Source of the DNA: Chrysomallon squamiferum
Lineage: Eukaryota; Animalia; Mollusca
Assembly: GCA_012295275.1 (NCBI GenBank)
Contig: CM022677.1
Location: forward strand, 620,001 to 684,000
DNA: 64,000 bases
Direction of reading: 5' to 3'
A program made the translations under genes and the position numbers. The notes beneath the pieces were generated by a model that was given only the letters and a program-made list of their open reading frames with translations, did no database searches and was not told where the DNA came from. The number at the start of each line of letters is the position of its first letter. Position 1 is the stretch's first letter. Below are positions 56,017 through 64,000 of the stretch, one piece after another.

Positions 56017-56216
56017 NNNNNNNNNNNNNNNNNNNNNNNNNNNNNNNNNNNNNNNNNNNNNNNNNNNNNNNNNNNNNNNNNNNNNNNNNNNNNNNNNNNN
56101 NNNNNNNNNNNNNNNNNNNNNNNNNNNNNNNNNNNNNNNNNNNNNNNNNNNNNNNNNNNNNNNNNNNNNNNNNNNNNNNNNNNNNNNNNNNNNNNNNNNN
56201 NNNNNNNNNNNNNNNN
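56017..56216. other. Assembly gap (200 N)
   Basis: N run. Confidence 0.99.
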
Positions 56217-56329
56217 GATCAAAGATGGAAGGATGGAAAACTATTTTTACGTGCCTACGTCCAATTCAAGGTTCAGGCACGCCTATCACGGATCCGATCT
56301 CTGGGATTGCCAGGGATGGGTTCCGGGAC

Positions 56330-56508
56330 AGGAGAGGGGAAGGGGAAGGGGAAGGGGAAGGGGAAGCGAAAGGGGAAGGGAAAGGGGTAGGGGAGCGAAA
56401 GGGGAAGGGAAAGGGGAAGGGGAACGAAAGGGGAAGGGAAAGGGGAAGGGGAGCGAAAGGGGAAGGGGAAGGGAAAAGGGAAGGGAAAAGGGAAGGGGAC
56501 GGGGACGG
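56330..56508 (+). repeat. Polypurine (GGGGAA)n tract; G-quadruplex or triplex potential
   Basis: Repeated G3-4 runs separated by AA. Confidence 0.85.
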
Positions 56509-56709
56509 TGAAGGTGCATTTGAAGTGGGCCATTTGGAATAAACCTTTGAGTGGTTTTTAGTCAATTGTTTGAGGGGTTTTATTTATTTATATTTATTTA
56601 TTTATTTGTTTATTTATTTATTTATTTACTTAGTTTTTACTATTATATAACGAGAGAGAGAGGAAAGGAGGAGAACAAAAAAAACCTCGTAGTTCATCGA
56701 GTCGGGCAC

Positions 56710-57955
56710 GTTTTTGTTGTTGTTAGCGTCGCGTTGTTGTATGTTTTTGTTGTTAGCGTCGCGTTGTTGTATGTTTTTGTTGTTGTTAGCGTCGCGTTGT
56801 TGTATGTTTTTGTTGTTGTTAGCGTCGCGTTGTTGTATGTTTTTGTTGTTGTTAGCGTCGCGTTGTTGTATGTTTTTGTTGTTGTTAGCGTCGCGTTGTT
56901 GTATGTTTTTGTTGTTGTTAGCGTCGCGTTGTTGTATGTTTTGTTGTTGTTAGCGTCGCGTTGTTGTATGTTTTTGTTGTTAGCGTCGCGTTGTTGTATG
57001 TTTTTGTTGTTAGCGTCGCGTTGTTGTATGTTTTTGTTGTTGTTAGCTTCGCGTTGTTGTATGTTTTTGTTGTTGTTAGCGTCGCGTTGTTGTATGTTTT
57101 TGTTGTTAGCGTCGCGTTGTTGTATGTTTTTGTTGTTGTTAGCGTCGCGTTGTTGTATGTTTTTGTTGTTAGCGTCGCGTTTTTGTTGTTAGCGTCGCGT
57201 TGTTGTATGTTTTTGTTGTTGTTAGCTTCGCGTTGTTGTATGTTTTTGTTGTTGTTAGCGTCGCGTTGTTGTATGTTTTTGTTGTTAGCGTCGCGTTGTT
57301 GTATGTTTTTGTTGTTAGCGTCGCGTTGTTGTATGTTTTTGTTGTTGTTAGCTTCGCGTTGTTGTATGTTTTTGTTGTTGTTAGCGTCGCGTTGTTGTAT
57401 GTTTTTGTTGTTGTTAGCGTCGCGTTGTTGTATGTTTTTGTTGTTGTTAGCGTCGCGTTGTTGTATGTTTTTGTTGTTAGCGTCGCGTTGTTGTATGTTT
57501 TGTTGTTAGCGTCGCGTTGTTGTATGTTTTTTGTTGTTGTTAGCTTCGCGTTGTTGTATGTTTTTGTTGTTGTTAGCGTCGCGTTGTTGTATGTTTTTGT
57601 TGTTAGCGTCGCGTTGTTGTATGTTTTTGTTGTTAGCGTCGCGTTGTTGTATGTTTTTGTTGTTGTTAGCTTCGCGTTGTTGTATGTTTTTGTTGTTGTT
57701 AGCGTCGCGTTGTTGTATGTTTTTGTTGTTGTTAGCGTCGCGTTGTTGTATGTTTTGTTGTTGTTAGCGTCGCGTTGTTGTATGTTTTGTTGTTGTTAGC
57801 GTCGCGTTGTTGTATGTTTTTGTTGTTGTTAGCGTCGCGTTGTTGTATGTTTTTGTTGTTGTTAGCGTCGCGTTGTTGTATGTTTTTGTTGTTGTTAGCG
57901 TCGCGTTGTTGTATGGTTTTGTTGTTGTTAGCGTCGCGTTGTTGTATGTTTTTGG
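56710..57955. repeat. 30/33-bp minisatellite (tttttgttgtt[gtt]agcgtcgcgttgttgtatg), ~40 copies
   Basis: Directly visible; explains the LLASRCCMF and VSVALLY ORFs. Confidence 0.97.
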
Positions 57956-58060
57956 AGTTGTTTGGCCGCAGATCTGTCAAAAGGGAGGTTACCAGTTGGT
58001 TCTGGGGTTAGACAGGGATATGTTTATTTTATGTAGTATTTTATGAAATTGTCTCTGTGT

Positions 58061-61000
58061 TTATATTTTGATTTTTGTTGCTTCCACGTATCTGATTATG
58101 AGGTTGTCTTCTTGTTTTTTTAAGTGTTTGGGAGGGTTGAAAATGTCAACTGGAGTAAATCTGACTTTGATGTTTGTTAAAGCTGTGTTTAGTTTGCATC
58201 TGTCCTTGTACTCGAAGGTGACTTGTGTCCTCTGTAGTTGATACAGTTTCTGATGTCGATAATCTCTCTAATGTACTGGGAGCTGCCGAATTTGAGTTTG
58301 TGCAGAGCTTGCAGTGAGCTGAAGGAGTCAGTCAGTATGATGTATTTCTTTTTCGTGTGTGTGACATAAGTTTGAGTTAGGACCCATTTAAGTGTTGTGA
58401 GAGAATAGCTATTAGTTCCGTAGTAAAGACGGATAGGTTGTTAGACAGTCTACTTTTGTAGTTGAAAGGTAGGTCGGGTAGTTCCGGCCTGATATGAGAG
58501 GCCATGCCTATTCTTCCCGTGAGAGGGTCTTTGGAGCTGTCTGTATAGACCTGTATGAAGTCCGAGTAGTGGTCGCTTAATGCTGCTCTAAAAATTACGT
58601 TTTTAAATGGGTCGTGTTCCGTCTTCGATACTTCCTGTCTAAGCGTTAGAGGTATGTCTAATTGTTTTATTGTCCATGGGGGTTCTAAGGGTGGAGGGTT
58701 GTTTTCGAGTTCTAGGTCCAGTAGTTTTAGTCTGTTTGCTGTCCTGTGTGTGATATTAAGTGATGCTTCTCTGTCGTTGATGTAGGGTAGGCTGTTTGGG
58801 ATTATTGTGTTTATGGGATGGGTGGGGATTAGATTTTTGATTTTGAACCAGTGTTTGAGACACTGTGTGCTGCGTCGGGTTCGCAGCGGTAGCATGTTCA
58901 GTTCCACAAACAGACTGTCCGTCGGTGAGCCTGGGAAGACCCTGGCAACAATTCTTAGTGCCTTGTTGTATACCGTGTCCAGTCGGTTTAGTTGGTATTC
59001 AGACACACGCTGAACGCCTGGGACCCATACTGGAGTCTTCACACTACTAGTGCTTCGAACACCATCAAGAGAGATTTTCTGTCAGCTCCCCATTTGGCGT
59101 TCGAAAGCACTTTCAGTAAATTCGTGTATTTTGTGCATGTGTTGAGTGTGTTGGTGATGTGTTGTTTGAAGGTAAGGCACCTGTCGAAGGTGACTCCCAG
59201 GACTTTGACTGCGTTTACTTGTGTGATTTTTGTGTTGTTGTAATGTAGGTCTATTTTATTGTGTTTATTGTTGGCTTTTCTCCCAAAGGTTATGGTGACA
59301 GTCTTGGATTGGGAGATAGTGACTGCCCAGGTTTCCGCCCAATTTTGTAAGTTATTTAAGTCTTTTTGCATGTCTGTTTCGATTTGTTTAAGACGGTTTC
59401 CAGCACGCCAAAAGGCTGTATCATCCGCAAATAGTCCTATACTAAGCTTAGTTGCAGTTTTCGAGTTAGTGGCTACAGTATGTGCTAGGTCATTAATAAA
59501 AATGCTAAAAGGAGTAGGGGCGATAACTGAACCCTGGGGGATCCCATTCTCCAAATCCAAGCTGTCTGAGAAGTTTTCGTCTACATTGATCGTAAAGGAT
59601 CTGTTTTTCAAGAATTGCTTCTATAAAGCCGAACATAGGGCCTCTTATGCCCATGTTGTAGACTTTGATTAGAAGACCATGTCTCCAGACCATATCATAG
59701 GCTTTTTCTATGTCAACAAACACTCCTACCACTTTTTGTCCAGTAAACAAAGATTCGGATATTTCAGACTGTAATCTGGTTATGTGGTCGCTTGTGGAGT
59801 GGTTCTTTCTAAAGCCACTTTGAAAGGTCGAAATTAGTTGTTTTTTTCCAGAAGGTGTGTTAGGCGTGTGCTGACCATAGCCTCCATGGTTTTGCAGACG
59901 CAGGACGTTAGTGAGATAGGACGATAGTTGGAGGAGTTGGAAAGGTCCTTACCCTGTTTTGGAAGGCTGAAGACTTCAGAATGCTTCCATTTGAGGGGAA
60001 GGTATCCTTCCTTCCAGATAGTGTTATAGAGTTCCAGAAATAGATTTAGCATGTCTGTGGGCATGTTTTGAAAGAAAAGGTAGGGGAATGTGTCTGGCCC
60101 GGGGGCTGTTCCTTTACGGTCGGAGAAAGCCGCTGTCATTTCTTGGAGTGTGAAGGGAATATTGTATTTCGTTTCTGAGGTTTTTGAGTCAGGTGGGATT
60201 TTGTTGACTGTTTCTAGTTTATTTTTAATTTTTCTAAATTTGGGGGGAAAGTTGTTTGTACTCCCAGAGCAGCGGCCTTCTCTTTGTTTGTATGGAGGTT
60301 TTTGTTACGGACTTGTAGTGAGTTCTTGCTAATTGGTTTCCCTTGTATGCGTTTAATTTTGGCCCAAATTTCCTTACTAGACGTGTTTTTGTTGATAGAG
60401 GTGCAGAAGGTTTTTTGGTATGTGTTCCGATGTTTGTTGCGTGCCTTTGTAAGGAGTTTTAGTTCTTCACTCCACCAAGGGACTGAATTATTTTTGTATT
60501 TACAATTAGAATTTGAAATAGTTTTATTAGCAATGCTAATTATTCTGTCAGTTAAATTTTCGTTAAAAGTGTCAATATTATTGCTTCGAATGAGTTTGGG
60601 ATCTGTTTCCAGACATTGCTTTTTAAATTCAGTCCAGTTGGCTTTCGTGAAGTTCCATTTGTGTTTGTTTATTGGTACCTCTTTCCAGTTATTTTCAGTG
60701 TTGTATGAGATTAGTATTGGTAGGAGATCGCTATTGAGATTGTTAAGGACTGTCCATTCACATTTAGAGGCTATTTTTAGAGACACTGTTGAGATATCAA
60801 GACATGACCAGGTGTTGTATACGCCTGATAGGAAGGTTGGCGTGCCATCGTTCAGACATATGTGTTTGTTAAGATCCGTAAATTTTTCGATGATGGTTCC
60901 CTGTTTGCATGTACTAGAGGATCCCCATAGGTGGTTTCTGCTGTTGAAGTCCCCTAGTATGATGCAGTTGTCGATATATTTAGAGGGAATGTTTTTAGTG

Positions 61001-61190
61001 TAGAGTTCTAGTGTTATGTTGTAGTGATTTTTGCCTGGGTGAGTGTAGTAGTTGAAAACGTTAATGTCTTCAGCCTGGCCATGGATTGTTACCCCAAGTG
61101 TCTATATGTTGGGTTGGTGATTGGTTAGTGGGATACGTGAGTAGGATAGTTCATTTCTCACATAAGTTGCTACTCCTGCTCTTGTGGTGC
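58061..61190 (-). pseudogene. LINE ORF2 (APE with N-terminus deleted, RT, RNase H); frameshifted
   Basis: GVATYVRN, LGDFN, APGPD, YRPISLTS, DIEKAYD, GIPQGSVIAP, LFADD, YTDSSK, TELIAI; ends EATKIKI-stop. Confidence 0.93.
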
Positions 61191-61192
61191 AG

Positions 61193-63126
61193 TTAGTGTT
61201 GTGAAAGAAGCCAAAGAATCCGCAGGGATCCGTCTAGGAATAGGCCAGTGACAACTCTGAGTAGCTGGAGGGCTGTCACTGGGCTGTCTTTGTTGTTTAG
61301 TGCGCCTAGTTGTGTTTGTGTTGTGTTTGTCCTGGGGGCTGGTGTGTATGAGTGTGTGGCTGACGAGTGAGGGGCGCTAGCTGTGTGTGTGTTTCTGGTA
61401 TCCAGGTGTTTCAGTGCGTTGTTGTAGGCCGCACATAGGTGGCTGTGTGTGTGGTGTCGGCCGTTGCAGTTTGCGCATTGGATGGGTTGACGGCACGGGT
61501 TGTCTGGCGTTTTCTTGGTGTGTTTGCCCCCACACCTGAAACACGTTGGGTGTCCCCTGAACGACCTGCATCTTTTGCCGTTGTGTCCCCATCGTTGACA
61601 CTGGGCGCATTTGATAGGTTGTGCCTCAAATGTCAGCAGTTTTAGTTGTTGCTGTTTGAAAAGGATGTGGTCAACTTTTGTTGTGGCAGACAGACGCACA
61701 TCCCAGTAGCCGTTGCTCCAGGTGGTGATGTTCTGAATCATCACGTCTGGGTTTTCTTCTTTTATTATTTTTAGCATTTGTGTGGTTGTTTCTTTAATTG
61801 TTGTCATTTTCACCAGTCTTCTTAGGGTGTGGTCTGTTGCGGTGGTGGTTGCTGTTGGTGTCCCCTTTGTGTTGTGTATTGAGTGTCTTTTTGTGGGGTG
61901 TTGTTTTGTTGTTGTGGAATGGATTTTGCCCGTCCAGTTGGTGGTACGCTCGAGTAAAAGAACTCTCGAGGCCAGGTTCTTCCTGGTGTGAGGGTGAGTT
62001 GCGGAAACTCCTCTGTGTTGTGTGAGGGAGAGGTGCGGAAACTCCTCTGTGTTCTTTGATAGTTTGGGGGGGGCGTTGGGGGTTTTGTTTTGTGGGGTTA
62101 TTATGGCGATGTTTGTATTTTTGTTTGGGTGCTGTCGGATTTGTGTTGCTTGCTACTGTTAAAAAGTCGTTTTTGATTCGTGTTTGTTTGTTTGTTTCTG
62201 TGTATGGTTTCTGTTTCTTTTTTTTCTTTTTTTTGGTGTTCACCTGGGTTAGGGGTTCTGCAGTGAAGGTGTAGTCCCCCCAGGTGCCGTAGGCCACCGT
62301 TTTGTCCATTTGTTTATGGATGGCTTGACTACTTTTTGGGTCTTTCGAGTAACCAAGTTCGATGGGGGTATAGGGGTATAGGGTTTTTACGTGGGTGGGT
62401 TCCCTCCTCTCTCGAGGTTCCTCTGTACACCTCTCGAGTGTGACACACACCTTTTGACACTCTGTGGGGTTGGGCATCAGTTCCATGCTCGTACCCAGTT
62501 TGATGAGTGAGCTGTCCGACTCGGCCCTGATGAAGGTGATCTCATCAGTCAGCCGGGTGTGGAATAATGTGTCGTCCAACAGTCGCGAGACGGACTGTTG
62601 GAAGAAGATGGCTTCGTACAGAGTCGAGTTTTTTTGTTAAACAAAACCCGCCTCAGCCCGGGGATTGGTGACTTAGCGGGTCTAGGGGGACTGGCGGACA
62701 GTTTGAGTGATTTGTGAGAGCCCTGTTGGGGAACACCAGGGCTGAAAATCTGTTTGATGTGCTGACTGGAACCTGTCCTGGGTGGGTTTTCCTTTTTTTA
62801 TTTTTGTTGATTTGTTGTGGGGACTCCGGAATGGTGGTCAGTCCGGTTGGGACATTTTGTGGGCCAGTTGAAGATTTGGTTACAGTCTGGGGGATAGGAC
62901 AGGTTGGGGCGGGGGGAGCGGTCAGGTGTCGTCTCTACCAGTCCCACGTATATGGTGTCCCCCGCAGAGTTGTCAGATACATTTCCGTTGTCACTGTCGT
63001 CCGGGGAGCCAAGAGATTCCACGTGTGGTAGTCCCCCTCCGTTCAGCAGAGTTTTTTGGGGGGAACCTCTTTCTGGTTGTCATTTCCGCTGATACCTGTG
63101 CCGACGGATTTGTTTGTATCGGCCAT
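61193..63126 (-). pseudogene. LINE ORF1 with three CCHC knuckles; frameshifted
   Basis: CAQCQRWGHNGKRC, CFRCGGKH..C and CANCNGRH..C; probable ATG at 63126. Confidence 0.85.
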
Positions 63127-63164
63127 TTTTATTTAGTATGCAATTGGTTAATTATTATTATTAT

Positions 63165-63205
<41 letters not shown>

Positions 63206-64000
63206 AAATTAAATATTTAATATAATGAAATAAATTAAATATTCAATATAATTAAAATTTCAACAGTAATGACACTACAGAAAAAGAGCAATAAACAAAG
63301 TTATTTATTTAAATTTAATTTTGATAATAATAATCCGAAAAATTTAACATTTAAATAATAATTATATATTTATATTTATATATATGAAATTAATACAGTT
63401 AGAATACACAAATTTAAAATATTTGACAAAAGCAGCACTGGGGGAGAGGGTTTGAGGTTGATAAATGGAGAGATAAGAGGGAGTTTTAAAGTTTCGTGCT
63501 GGGAGGATAGGATTCCTTTTCTTACCAAATTTGATGTCAAATGTTCTAAGTTCGAAATTGAAGTGGAATCCTAATTTGAGAAATTTAACAGATAAACAAA
63601 TAATCCACGATTGCTGGCAGTAATGCTTGTTCCTTCCGTGGTCGGGTTGCTGTTGGGACTGTGGATTCTGATTGGTTGGAGATATCTCGAATTTGATTGG
63701 TCGACCGGTTGTTGTTTGAGACTGGATTTCTATTGGCTGACGCTAGCTCGTCGTTGATTGGTCAGATCTCAATTACTTTTGCTGTTTGGCGATCGTGTAT
63801 AACGTAATCCTAAAAGCGCTTTTCCCAAGTATTCGTATCAAGTGCACACAAATGGAACGAATTTGCAAGAATAAATGAAAGGCAATCCCAAGTGAGAAAA
63901 TTGAACAATAATTCCTTGTATCGAAAAACGGAAACTTTCGAGCGAATCTGGAGCGAATCTGACGAAAAAAAGCAGCGAATCTGAGCGAAGGGCATATTTA

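Larger units (their letters stand above)
56580..64000 (-). mobile_element. I-group LINE, family A; near full length but defective; 5' end probably beyond the window, 3' end uncertain
   Basis: ORF1 and ORF2 fragments on the minus strand; possible (TAAA)n tail at 56580-56630. Confidence 0.85.

Noticed and set aside
56217-56225. gatcaaaga, matching part of the 23-bp site at the contig start
   Set aside because: Only 9 bp, diverges immediately, and sits at a gap edge.
56266-58046. Long repetitive ORFs
   Set aside because: Products of the (GGGGAA)n tract and the 30/33-bp repeat.

Overview
AT-rich, microsatellite-laden animal DNA; the 5S sequence suggests a mollusc or other lophotrochozoan (inference). 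Two 200-N gaps split the window into three contigs. About 1.9-22.4 kb and 28.4-41.2 kb are diverged inverted copies of each other. The right copy starts exactly at a gap, so it may be an uncollapsed haplotype. Both copies carry a 4-exon gene for a probably secreted LigB/Memo-fold protein, with exons in the permuted order 3-4-1-2. On the left this permuted unit is bounded by an exact 23-bp direct repeat in intron 2. At the outer end of each copy, a different I-group LINE begins at that same intron-2 site, in the same relative orientation. The rest of the window holds decayed hAT-type transposons, a 5S rDNA array remnant with one intact variant gene and a candidate structured RNA, a 5.5-kb satellite amplified from 46 bp of transposase coding sequence, and a further defective LINE with a minisatellite near its 3' end. 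All comparisons were made by eye; identities and most element boundaries are approximate.
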